Assembly (NCBI GenBank): GCA_964416155.1
Contig: CAYQCW010000007.1
Span: forward strand, 32,001 to 96,000
DNA: 64,000 nucleotides
Origin: an uncultured Nitrososphaerota archaeon
Lineage (GTDB): Archaea > Thermoproteota > EX4484-205 > JAAOZP01
Direction: 5' to 3'
Positions 30,423 through 40,140 of this stretch are shown in pieces (the first letter of the stretch is position 1; each line of letters opens with the position of its first letter). Under the pieces are notes generated by a model. It saw nothing but the letters and a program-made list of their open reading frames with translations. It was not told where the DNA came from and did not search any database. A program made the position numbers and the translations under genes.

Positions 30423-30525
30423 CGCCGGCGGGAAGACTCGAACTTCCGACCAACGGGTTAACAGCCTCAGCCTCTTTCCGAGCCCGCTGCTGTGGGCCTT
30501 AAACTACCTGCTGAGCTACGCCGGC
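30423..30525 (-). tRNA. tRNA-Asn(GTT) with two introns: 22/23 (30492-30503) and 30/31 (30466-30483)
   Basis: Acceptor GCCGGCG/CGCCGGC, anticodon GTT at 30462-30460, stem GCGGG/CCCGT after splicing; perfect helix CAGC/GCTG for intron 2, relaxed helix for intron 1. Confidence 0.9.
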
Positions 30526-30563
30526 GCAGCTTAACGTTAAACGTCTGGGCTTAAAATATTTTT

Positions 30564-30821
30564 CTATTCTCTAACTCTAAGCCTGAAAATAAGTCCGATT
30601 ACGCCTAGAAGCGTTACCACTATGCTGGCGAACAGGAAAAACGGGTATGTGATTCCTAATGCTTCCCCCGTGTTCACAGTGTAGAATAGCAGTACGGCTC
30701 CGCAGCAGGTTAAGAGGGCTGCGAACAGTTTCGCCGCAACGATGCTTGGTTTCAAATCGCCTTTACGCTTTAAATCCTTAAGATAAATCTTTCCCCGAAG
30801 CCTCCCCCCACATTTGAACAT
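30564..30821 (-). CDS. Small two-TM membrane protein
   Basis: Two hydrophobic helices; follows top6A. Confidence 0.55.
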   Translation of the reverse strand: MFKCGGRLRGKIYLKDLKRKGDLKPSIVAAKLFAALLTCCGAVLLFYTVNTGEALGITYPFFLFASIVVTLLGVIGLIFRLRVRE

Positions 30822-30833
30822 TAGTCCACTATT

Positions 30834-31886
30834 TTACGCCAGTCTTTTCTTAAGGTATACGTCGACCATGAACGATAAGCCGTACTTGCTGAAAGCCTCC
30901 TGTTCAGCCTTCCTCTTTATCTGGAAGAACATGTCTATCTCCCTCTTCCATGGGTCCTTAGCATACCTCTTATCCTTCTTAAGCTCGTTCAGCCTTTTGA
31001 TATCCACGTCTAGAAGCTTAGTGCTTGGAAGCTTATAATCCTCTATGTCTGAAGCGTAGACGCCCATCCACCTAGCCTTCGGCGTAGCCAGCTCAGGCAC
31101 GTGCGCAGCGTTGGCTGAGCCTGAGATTATGACTTGCGCGATATGCAGCCCCCATGGATCCGCGTCGGTGAAAATATACACAGGCAGGTCTAGCTCCACG
31201 TTAAGCCTCCTTATCAGGCGTCGCGTGGCGCGCGGCGCCTGCCCAGCAGTATGGATCAGAATAGCGTTGTACTTTTTCCAGGCCTTCTCCTCAACGAACC
31301 TTGTGAACATGGCACCTTTCTCGATGCAGAGAACCTTGTCAGTGGAGGTTTTCACGAACCTGGCGGTGGCTAGCGCCGGGCCTATCATCAACCCGTCGGG
31401 GTGTGAAGTCAGATTAATCTTCTTTCCCTCGTAGCCTTTCACAGTGTACTCGATGGTTAGGTCTGCGAATATGGCACTCCTCTCCTCAGGATAAATGTTG
31501 AAATCCTCCCTGGGCGAGCCTGCTACGGATTCAAGCTCGGTTATTATCCTGTCCGACTCGCTCTGATCCTCGAAGCCAAGGTCTACGCCCTCAGCCATGT
31601 AGAAAACATCTCTCAGCGTACTGGTCTTATCCTCGTCGATAAGCTTCCTCGCTAGGCTTGCAACCCATACGAGCTGGGTTAAAGGCTTCAAGTGCTTCAC
31701 GTTGCGCGAGGTGCGAACCGCCTTCTTAGGCCCTAGGACATAATGGCCCTTCTTCTCGTCGAAGATAATGTTGTCAACAGTCCTCAGAGGGAGCTCCAGC
31801 GAAGGAGGCTGCCTATTCTCCACCTGCTTAAGTATTTCAAGAGCTAGACCCACTATGTTCTTCCTAGCCTTAGACTCCTTTTTCAT
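30834..31886 (-). CDS. top6A: DNA topoisomerase VI subunit A
   Basis: TLRDVFY (catalytic Tyr), QSESD, CIEK, GQAPRATR, TDADPWG, KAEQEA. Confidence 0.95.
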   Translation of the reverse strand: MKKESKARKNIVGLALEILKQVENRQPPSLELPLRTVDNIIFDEKKGHYVLGPKKAVRTSRNVKHLKPLTQLVWVASLARKLIDEDKTSTLRDVFYMAEGVDLGFEDQSESDRIITELESVAGSPREDFNIYPEERSAIFADLTIEYTVKGYEGKKINLTSHPDGLMIGPALATARFVKTSTDKVLCIEKGAMFTRFVEEKAWKKYNAILIHTAGQAPRATRRLIRRLNVELDLPVYIFTDADPWGLHIAQVIISGSANAAHVPELATPKARWMGVYASDIEDYKLPSTKLLDVDIKRLNELKKDKRYAKDPWKREIDMFFQIKRKAEQEAFSKYGLSFMVDVYLKKRLA

Positions 31887-32006
31887 TGTTTCTGAGGCCA
31901 GAGTGAAAAGGGGCTTATTAAAGTATCCATCTAAATCCTGAGCTTCATGAGTCGGGGGCTAGGCCCGATGGAAACGTATTTATGATGCCTCTCACAATCT
32001 TTTCCT

Positions 32007-32322
32007 GGGCGGCAGGTAGGCTCGGGGAGCTCGCCATTCCCTGAACCCGAAACTGGCGACACGCGGGGAGCCGATAACCGTGGGGACAGGGCTGCCTCAA
32101 CGCAACCGGCTGCAACAGGTCTGTGAAAGCCATCCTTACTGGGCAGGAGTAGCAGGCTCGCCTGCCGTAGGGTGGGCGCGTCTGCCTAATTACCGAATCC
32201 GCTAGGCCCGGGAGGGAGCAACGGTCTGGTAAGCTACCTGCGTTGGTAAGGGATGGCTGGAGGGTAAACCTGTTGCGTGTGGGTTGTGATGGAGGGGCTC
32301 GACCCTCATGGGGCTGCCGCCT
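32007..32322 (+). ncRNA. ffs: Archaeal SRP (7S) RNA
   Basis: Terminal helix GGCGGCAG/CTGCCGCC, Alu-like 5' domain, helix 6 with GTAG loop, helix 8 AGGCCCGGGAGGGAGCA at 32204-32220, T-run downstream. Confidence 0.93.
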
Positions 32323-32419
32323 CTAAAAAATCATTTTTTAACCATTGGAAACGACGTTTAAAGAGGAAGCGTGGATTTTTGACTAAACATCCTTCTGAGA
32401 AAAGATAAGTATTTCTCAT

Positions 32420-33625
32420 ATGATAAAAGTTCTATCAAAGGAACGGTTTCTGAGATGCGACGAGAAAGGGCGGCCGGTGGTTCCAGGCTTTGTGACATAC
32501 GTCTCAAGGAACAAACAGATTCTTCTTCACCGTTTCGGGAGAGAGGATTACTCAGATACTTATGATGATTATATGGACATGTTCAGCTATGATAATGACA
32601 GAACATGGACGCAGCCGGTTCTGCACCTGAAAAGTGTGGATGTCAAGGGGGCAAAATCCGTTACGGCGAGCAAGCAGCTCTTTTCGACTCAGAAACAGAG
32701 AAAATTATAGTGGTTATTAACAAGTCTTTCTACCCTAACGATACGCTTGACACGGACCTTCCCTACTCCCTAGTCCAAGAAATGTACGACCCGGCAGCAA
32801 ACACATGGTCCGACTTAACCCGTTTGGATTTAGATTTTCCTGGCGAAATTGCTGTGAGCTTCTGCAATCCAATAAAAAATATCGAGGGGGCGATTAGTAT
32901 TCCCCGCGCAGGGCACATACCTTGATGAAAAAGGGCAGCCTGTCCACTATAAGGGTTGCTGGTCGCCAGCAGGCATCATCGTTCATCTCTTAGGAGACTA
33001 TGGGAAAGACGAGACGATTAGGTGGAAACTGAGTAAACCGGTTATCCCTGATTTAGAGAAGACTTCTCGCGGTTTCTACGAACCGGCTGTCGCGGAACTA
33101 AAGGACGGGCGTTTCGCTATGGTTTTGCAGGAGGACAACAGCATGTTTCCCGAGCGCCCAAGGTATAAGTGGATAAGTTTTTCGGATGACCATTGCGAGA
33201 CCTAGACCGAGCCGGTGCCCTTACCCTGCGATGGGAACAAGCCCATTGAATCCAGTTCCACTGGCTCTATGCTTTTTCGCTCCATTAAAAACGGCCGGCT
33301 CTATTGGATTGGAAACTTGTGTATTGAAGGTGCATGGATCTTTGGCGTGTATTGCGAGAAGACTCTGCGTCCTTACGGCAATTTTCCGAGGACACCTCTG
33401 GTCATAGCAGAGGTTCAAGAAAATCCTTTTTCCTTGAAACGCAACACCATAACCGTGATTGACAGGCAGCAGCCTTATGAGCCTCCACAGGTGCAGCTCT
33501 CCAACTTTAGGTTTTACCAAGACCGTGAGAACAGTGATATCGTCCTTTTCCTAACCCGTTGCAGTGAACGCGCCGCCGAAGCCTGGAAGCTGGCGGATTA
33601 TTACCGGTATCGGATTGCCATTTGA
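32420..33625 (+). pseudogene. Sialidase/BNR-repeat beta-propeller protein with multiple frameshifts
   Basis: Asp-box SYDNDRTW, RGFYEPAVAELKDGR and PRTPL motifs spread over several frames. Confidence 0.75.
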
Positions 33626-33643
33626 AATGGAGGAGACATGTAA

Positions 33644-34640
33644 ATGACACGAAATTGTATCTAAGTAGGCTCCCGCAAACAGGTTTTCCTAGACGAGCGC
33701 TTCATAGTGTAGTCGAAGGGGATAAGGGCGAAAGTTAACCCGCCCTTGGAGCGGCATGAAGTATTGCGGGGAGACCGTCCCTAGGACAGGGGCTGGATCG
33801 GCTGGTTGACCGTGTTAGAGGACGGAGGAGTCTACAAGATGTGGTATATAGCTGCTCCCGAGAGCACTGGAGAAGAAATAGATGGCGGAAAGGCCCTTAG
33901 ACTCTGCTACGCGGTCTCCGAGGATGGAGTTAATTGGAGGAAGCCTGAACTCGGGCTCGTGGAGTATGAAGGAAGCAGGAGAAACAACATAGTGCGCATA
34001 GAAGGATTCCCAGGCGGAAGCCCGGAGGGCTCAGTGTTCCTAGACCCGAAGGCTCCTCCTGAACAAAGGTATAAGATGCTTGGTACGCTTTCCCCAGTGT
34101 CTACCGCCACTTTCCCGAGCCTCCGCTGGGCCCTTGTGTGAACGATGGCCTGCTGGAGATTCAGTTGGCCGTGAGCCGTGACGGTGTCCGGTTTCAGCGG
34201 CCCGACCGCACCCCCTATATTCCGCTTGACGTGAAAGGTACGTGGCACGCCGGCCAGATGTACATGGGGGGTAGGCATGATCAGGAGGGGAAACAGACTT
34301 TTCCAATATTATAATGCTTCAGACATCAGCCATAGTGGATACCGGTGCCCCAAGCCCTTGCCCATTGTGGACATAAGCCGCGTCTTTGTGGCGGTGCAGC
34401 TTCTCGACCGTTTCGCAGGTATCCAGGCCCCGGATGAGGGTTGGCTGCTCACCCCGCCTCTGCGCTTTTCAGGGAACTAGTTAGAGTTAAACATAGACTG
34501 TGGCGCCACAGGTGAAGCACTGGTTGAAATAGATGATGAGAATGGGGTTCCGATTCAGGGCTTTAGTCTAGACGAGAGCGACCGGGTGTGGGGAAATCAC
34601 CTGAGGAAGAAGGCGTCGTGGAGAAATGGGAAGACAGAGC
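33644..34640 (+). pseudogene. Five-bladed beta-propeller glycoside hydrolase-like pseudogene
   Basis: KQVFLDERF, DGGVYKMWY, YAVSEDGVNWRKPELG, LTPPLRFSG; many in-frame stops; truncated at the repeat near 34660. Confidence 0.75.
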
Positions 34641-34661
34641 AGATTTCCCAGATTTCCCCCT

Positions 34662-34719
34662 TCTGTCAAGACGGGTGCGAACCTGAAGAGATAGTTCAAG
34701 GAGCCGATCTTTATATCTA
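34662..34719. repeat. 58-bp perfect inverted repeat, left copy (partner 38663-38720)
   Basis: Base-by-base reverse-complement identity; weaker similarity extends on both sides. Confidence 0.9.
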
Positions 34720-35033
34720 AAATATACGTGTTTTTGGATTGTGTAAGATTAAATATCTAACCTTACCCTTACCTTGTGTAATTCTTTAGCGCGCGCTACT
34801 CGCTTTCCTAAGCCTAGAGGATTGGCTTAAGCCTGAGGAGGTTGGGAGGCTAGCTGGGAAGCTGGGCGTTGATCCTAAGATCCTGTTCCTGAGTTTTTCA
34901 GACGCTTTGGCCGACGAGATCGCAAGGAGGTTTTGAGATGAGCGATAAGCCTATTTGGAGCGCGCACGCGCTTCCTGCTCTTCGTCGAGAGAGTTAACCG
35001 GCTTAATGATGGAGGAACATTAATTTATTAGAA

Positions 35034-35121
35034 CGCCCTGGCCGGGATATTCGGTTTTTAACTTTCGAACCCGGGTCGGGAGGGTGACAGCCTCCAATGC
35101 TAACCTTTACACCACCAGGGC
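35034..35121 (-). tRNA. tRNA-Asp(GTC) with a 16-nt T-loop intron at 59/60 (35048-35063)
   Basis: Acceptor GCCCTGG/CCAGGGC, anticodon stem GGAGG/CCTCC, BHB helix TTCG/CGAA. Confidence 0.94.
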
Positions 35122-35259
35122 TCGGGTGTAGGAGTTTTTGAGGGCAAATAAATCTTTTGCTACAGTTACGCTTGAGCCTTATTTGTCAGATAGTAGTGAT
35201 GAACCCTGAGCCAGGGAAGTACATAAGTAGAGTTTCTTACCCATACTGGAACAAGTGCA

Positions 35260-35484
35260 GGGTCTTAATTTCGAGGAGAAGAGCATTTCATAGATTTCTA
35301 CTGTGAACGCAAAATTCTGATAATGGAGCTGGCAGTTGAGAAAATAAACGAATTGATTAAAAACACTGGATACCAATATTACAAAATAGACTTATTTCTC
35401 ATTGCTTCGAGTATGCAATATTATATCGTGTTCATACCCACTGAAGTTGAGAAGCTTGAAAAGGAAAGAAGTTGGAAGCTTTAA
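35260..35484 (+). pseudogene. C-terminal relic of the toxin-partner (immunity-like) gene
   Basis: FRGEEHFIDFYC...KINELIKNTGYQYY...EKLEKERSWKL, homologous to 45490-45708. Confidence 0.65.
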
Positions 35485-35539
35485 TTGATGATCTAGTTGA
35501 CAAAATAAGGTGCTATTCCTCACCTTACCTGTAATTTGA

Positions 35540-36020
35540 ATTAGGCTCTATTTCTTTATAGAGCTTAATCCCAGTGCAGGTATAACCGGATTCTGTTTGC
35601 TCAATCCGAATTTGTACCACTACTACGATACCATACTTCACATTCCAGCCTATTAAAATAATCTTCCACTTGCCTTATCTCATTACCTATACGACCAGTA
35701 ATATCTCGAAACACCGTTCCCTTTATTTCAACTATCGCCATCAATTTATCTTCAGAGTAAACTTGGATGGCTGGTCCTTGTTTCATGCATCCGCTGGTTT
35801 TTAAGCCCCTCCTTCGGAAGCCCAGTCAGCCTGGATATTTCTTCCTTAATATTATCAATATTTAAGAATACTTATTCTTCATCAACCTTCTCAATTAACT
35901 CTTTAATTTCTTCCTCCTCCTTTAACATTTCCATGTTAAGCTTATCCACAATCTCCTGAGCCAGCCTTTTAACGATAGTCCCTGAATCCTCGAGGTATAT
36001 TCTATGGGCAAGAGGCCCTT
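35540..36020 (-). pseudogene. C-terminal relic of a PD-(D/E)xK nuclease toxin-like gene
   Basis: GPAIQVY...AIVEIKGT...RQVEDYF, homologous to 45667-46200. Confidence 0.6.
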
Positions 36021-36168
36021 ATTTTTATCGTGCGCTACATATTTGCTTAACGCTTTCCACATCCCCTTTAAAGGTTAGAGTAAACACTTAGGAGAAAGTT
36101 GTGAAAGTGATTATTGGGCACAATAACGAAGGGCCCCGATTTTTCGCGTTCCTCCTATTCAACTCCTT

Positions 36169-36606
36169 TCAGGGCTTGATTCTAACTAGGCTATAAATCA
36201 CGCAGGGGATGAAGTAAAACTGCCATCCGAGGGTTAGGAGCTGGACTACGTAGGGTGGTTCAAGCGTTAAGGCAAACCATAACGTGAACAGGAGCATGGA
36301 TATGAGGCTGGAAGCTATGGCTAGCAGCCAAGGGATCCTACTCCTCGGTTTAAGCCGCTCAACCAGGCTTCCAAGGATGTAGGCCAACGAGAGGAGTAAC
36401 CAGCTGACAAGGCTTATTAGATGTTCAGCAGTTTGGTACTGAGGATTGGAAACGTAAGCTGAGAAGAGTAGTGCAAACAGCACGAAGAAGATAATGAAAG
36501 CGGATAGTGTAAAATGGATCTTCAATAATACCCGGTCAATCATCCTCCGAATCACAACTCTATACGACAACTTGTTTTCCCCCTCAACTATGGACATCCC
36601 ATACAT
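36169..36606 (-). CDS. Four-TM membrane protein (putative immunity protein)
   Basis: Four hydrophobic helices; overlaps the stop of the Cys-rich precursor. Confidence 0.6.
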   Translation of the reverse strand: MYGMSIVEGENKLSYRVVIRRMIDRVLLKIHFTLSAFIIFFVLFALLFSAYVSNPQYQTAEHLISLVSWLLLSLAYILGSLVERLKPRSRIPWLLAIASSLISMLLFTLWFALTLEPPYVVQLLTLGWQFYFIPCVIYSLVRIKP

Positions 36607-37238
36607 TCCGGCAAGTAGCTCGTATCAGGAGTGCAATTGCGGCAATAGGACCTCCAACTGACGCAGTTTATGTAAAAGCAAGAGGGGCAAAAAAGTCCGA
36701 CGTACATTATAAAAACAACAAGGTCTGGAAGATAACGCGCACAAATAGCGCAACACAGAACAACCCCAGGTATGTCATAAGCAAGGCATTCTTGAAAACA
36801 GAATTGGCAGGTACCGCATGGTGGTGAACAGGGCGGTGGCGGTACGCCGGTTAGGAGGAACTCATGATTAAGTACCTGATTACTCTGAATTGTGGGTGTA
36901 AGCTTGCCTCCAGTTACCTGGCCTTTTTCAGCCCTGACCAAAACCTCTAGGACGCGATAATCTTCATCTACTCTATACGCCGTTGCTTCCTGATACGGTT
37001 TCACGAATACTACAACAAAAACTAACCTTGATTTAGGATCTCCGGCAAATCTTATCCCAACTACTACGTACTCGGTTGGTTTATAATCTATAATCTTTTC
37101 AGCCCTCATAGCAAGGGAGTCCTTCAAAGAAAGTTGGTACCCTATCTCAGATAAGATTGAAGCGACTAGCTGGAATTCCTTTGCGCTTAATGCTTTTTCT
37201 ACTGCTTCCTCCTCTTTAATTAGGATACTATTGTTCAC
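36588..37238 (-). CDS. Putative bacteriocin/archaeocin precursor with Cys-rich C-terminal domain (halocin C8-like architecture)
   Basis: Cys-free N-terminal ~130 aa, Pro-rich linker, then 15 Cys in the last ~80 aa around a hydrophobic core. Confidence 0.55.
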   Translation of the reverse strand: MNNSILIKEEEAVEKALSAKEFQLVASILSEIGYQLSLKDSLAMRAEKIIDYKPTEYVVVGIRFAGDPKSRLVFVVVFVKPYQEATAYRVDEDYRVLEVLVRAEKGQVTGGKLTPTIQSNQVLNHEFLLTGVPPPPCSPPCGTCQFCFQECLAYDIPGVVLCCAICARYLPDLVVFIMYVGLFCPSCFYINCVSWRSYCRNCTPDTSYLPECMGCP

Positions 37239-37456
37239 CTTCTCCTATTACTCCCTGAAGAGAAAAAGGCGGAGGCGATATTTATATTATTTTTAATTAC
37301 GATATAATATAACACGTGCTTAGTATTGGTATTTTAATTTCTCGCTGTTAATCTTGTTGTCTTATGTTGTGTATATACATATCTTATTATAGTTTTAAAA
37401 AAATATAAATGGGAGGTTATTCTAACTATAAAACATGAAAAAGGGAGGGTGGGTGT

Positions 37457-38149
37457 TTGGGAAGGATTGATATCAATCAACACGGACGGATAATTGAGCG
37501 GGCGATTATAGTGACATTGTTGATAGCGATTCCAGTGTTAATAAGCGTCACGCAAACCACTGCCCAAGGCGTTAGGTACTATGCAGGATACTATTTTTAC
37601 GGTTATGAGGGTGCTTCACCTCCTTATGGAGTATCCGGCAGAATATATACCGTTAATAAGAACGTGCCCACGGGTCATTTCTACGCGCAGTGGCCTACTG
37701 TCATACTCAGTTATGTCTACGGGTTTCGGGTTCAGGTAGGCTATACTAAAGGTTGGGATACCAACTATCAGTTGACATGGTACGCGGAGAAGAATGACTG
37801 GAACGGTTGGGAAATTCGCTGGACTGGCACCCCGAGCGCTGGGGCCACGTACAATTATTGGATAGAGAGATATGAGAATAGCGGCGTCTGGGTCGGCGGG
37901 GTCTCTGGCTATTGGATGTGGGACTTCGGGACACTTAACCCCAACGTGGCGGTGGATTACCAAGCATTCAGCGAAACCACAACCACTGGAATAAATATCG
38001 ATGGAACGCACTTCAGTAACCTATGCATCCTTAGCTACAATGGGATCGACTGGATCCCTTGGTACAGGCATGTTCCCAAGGAGGCTCGTCCTTATTACTG
38101 GCTTACACAAGTCTCCGATTGTGAGTTTTACGCTTGGGGTGGTGGCTGA
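37457..38149 (+). CDS. Secreted beta-sandwich protein, neprosin/G1 glutamic-peptidase-like
   Basis: Signal peptide, aromatic-rich strands, VQVGY and AFSET candidate Q/E dyad. Confidence 0.5.
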   Translation: MGRIDINQHGRIIERAIIVTLLIAIPVLISVTQTTAQGVRYYAGYYFYGYEGASPPYGVSGRIYTVNKNVPTGHFYAQWPTVILSYVYGFRVQVGYTKGWDTNYQLTWYAEKNDWNGWEIRWTGTPSAGATYNYWIERYENSGVWVGGVSGYWMWDFGTLNPNVAVDYQAFSETTTTGINIDGTHFSNLCILSYNGIDWIPWYRHVPKEARPYYWLTQVSDCEFYAWGGG

Positions 38150-38769
38150 TGGCTCGGGTTGGAAGTATGCTCCTTATAGTGCTTTTGGCAGTCATGGCTA
38201 TGGGTGTAATCGTAGGGAACTACATTGTGCCCAAGCAATACGCGAACATGACCCCAGATTCTACTGCGTATGAAGCTTCCCCAAGAGGCCCCGCACCCTT
38301 CCCTGGTGAGATTGTTCCCCTGGATACTGTGGTCAGCCAGCTGGCCAATAAGGGGTTTACGCTCCACCTGCCCACGAAGATGATGAGGGGAATGAAGCTC
38401 ACAGCCGTGTGGGCTAAGGTTCTCGATGGGCAGGTTAGCTTCCCCATAATAGTAGTCTACAGCAACACTGGGGACAAAGCCATCGAGACGGCGGAAATCG
38501 GAATAGAAATAGCACCCATGCCTGAAATTCCCTTCCATGTGACCAATAGCTCAACCGACAGATTCGATAGGGTGGGCGAGTGGATGGCATTCGTCTCCAG
38601 CAGAGCACCAATGGGTTATAGAGAATATTATCTGAAGTATGGCACGGAGTACGCATATCTTGTAGATATAAAGATCGGCTCCTTGAACTATCTCTTCAGG
38701 TTCGCACCCGTCTTGACAGAGGAGGAGATCATGGAAATCTGTCAAAGCATGAGGCCCATGGTGCCATAG
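38149..38769 (+). CDS. Membrane-anchored hypothetical protein (DUF4367-like)
   Basis: N-terminal TM, FTLHLPTKM, C-terminal LTEEEIMEICQSM; ATG overlaps the upstream stop. Confidence 0.6.
   Translation: MARVGSMLLIVLLAVMAMGVIVGNYIVPKQYANMTPDSTAYEASPRGPAPFPGEIVPLDTVVSQLANKGFTLHLPTKMMRGMKLTAVWAKVLDGQVSFPIIVVYSNTGDKAIETAEIGIEIAPMPEIPFHVTNSSTDRFDRVGEWMAFVSSRAPMGYREYYLKYGTEYAYLVDIKIGSLNYLFRFAPVLTEEEIMEICQSMRPMVP
38663..38720. repeat. 58-bp perfect inverted repeat, right copy (inside CDS 38149-38769)
   Basis: Reverse complement of 34662-34719. Confidence 0.9.
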
Positions 38770-38817
38770 AAAATAACTGGAACACGCTTGATTAGAAAGG
38801 CTCATCTTCGCAAGCTG

Positions 38818-40068
38818 CTATTTCAGTATGCCGACTATTCCTCCGAAGCCCTTGTAGAGCATCATTCCCTCCTCGGTGGCTGTCGATATTAGCTCGAGCT
38901 GAACGTTTTTCTGAGAGGCTGTTTCAATGAAACGGTCTAGGAGGCTCTCTTTCTCAGCAACATAAAGGCTTGTTGCACCGCATTTTGGGCATGGTGTCGA
39001 GGATGTTTTTGCTGGAAGAGTTATCAGTTCTTGAAACGGGTGTTGCTCAACAGTCTCGTAGTCGCATCTGCCGCATCTAATCTTAACCATGAATATGTCT
39101 AGGGCCTCTGAGAAAAGCATGAGCCTAACCTTTCCGCTTTGAACCGCGTTCTCAACCTCTTTAAGCCCGTAGACAACCCTGTCCGGCTCCGTGCCCACAA
39201 GCTTAAGGAAGCTGCCCACCAGGTTCCTCTCCTTTATCAAGTCGAGCTCCTGAAGCTTTTCAGACGCTTTCCCAAGTATCTCCTTTATGCCCTGGTGACC
39301 CGTGTAGGAGGTGTCCACCACGGCCAGTATTTTTCTCCTAAGCTCGTAGTGGATGAAATCTTTTTCGAGAAACATATCCTTCGTTGGCCCCGGCCCTCCT
39401 ACTATCAACCCTTTAACATCAGTGTTCTGAAGGTAAACCTCGTTCAGACGTTCAGCAACACGCCTGTAGAAATCGTTGAGCTCCATCTCCCTCAATCTTT
39501 CAAACCTTCTGGCCGACTGGCCCCCCTTGCTCGTCTTACCTGGGACGCCGGAGGTCAACTCGTCTTTCACGTCGATATTCCTGCCCGTTGCGAGCGCTAT
39601 GGTCGCCTCAGAATTATCGATGGACAGGATTAGATACTTATCCTTCTTCTCAAGCATTTCTTTAAGAGGCTCGACGTAAAACTTGTCGTCGCAACCATAG
39701 TATGAGAGGGTTATTTTCTCAGGGGGCTCTATCACGTGTATCTCAATATTCTCCGAACCAGGGGTCTCCCCGGGGATTGCCCCGCAGAATATGACGAGCC
39801 CGTTTTCAGGAGCCTCGTCGTAAAGCTTAAGCCTCTGCTGCACCTTAACTATAGCGTCCTGAACATTCTTCCTCGTTGTTCTAGACTTAATGTTAGACGC
39901 CTTCCCATACTCCTCCCTCAGGTTCGTCACCACCTCGCTTATTCTTCTCCCCGGAGGTATGTAGAGGCTGATCAACTCTGTCCCCCGACCCTTTTTTTCA
40001 GAGAGTTCTCTAAGAGTTCTTCTCGAAACATACTCCTTCACCGATGTTGCAAGCGTTTTTTCACTCAA
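38818..40068 (-). CDS. prf1: Peptide chain release factor aRF1
   Basis: GRGTELISLYIP, ASNIKS, YGCD, GGQSARRF; start set at TTG 40068 because the track extension overlaps pyrH. Confidence 0.96.
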   Translation of the reverse strand: MSEKTLATSVKEYVSRRTLRELSEKKGRGTELISLYIPPGRRISEVVTNLREEYGKASNIKSRTTRKNVQDAIVKVQQRLKLYDEAPENGLVIFCGAIPGETPGSENIEIHVIEPPEKITLSYYGCDDKFYVEPLKEMLEKKDKYLILSIDNSEATIALATGRNIDVKDELTSGVPGKTSKGGQSARRFERLREMELNDFYRRVAERLNEVYLQNTDVKGLIVGGPGPTKDMFLEKDFIHYELRRKILAVVDTSYTGHQGIKEILGKASEKLQELDLIKERNLVGSFLKLVGTEPDRVVYGLKEVENAVQSGKVRLMLFSEALDIFMVKIRCGRCDYETVEQHPFQELITLPAKTSSTPCPKCGATSLYVAEKESLLDRFIETASQKNVQLELISTATEEGMMLYKGFGGIVGILK

Positions 40069-40140
40069 AACACGGTTCTCCGGGGAGTCCTCGCTGACCC
40101 CATATATTAATATTTCACTCCCTAGGGAGATAAGGGAGAA

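Noticed and set aside
30352-30534. 60-aa ORF (likewise 41121-41380 and 44771-44956)
   Set aside because: These overlap tRNA genes on the opposite strand.
31945-32000. GGGGGCTAGGCC hairpin resembling an SRP RNA 5' end, and ORF 31945-32133
   Set aside because: The terminal helix closes at 32007/32322 with a TATA-like element near 31977, so the hairpin lies upstream; the ORF is antisense to the SRP RNA.
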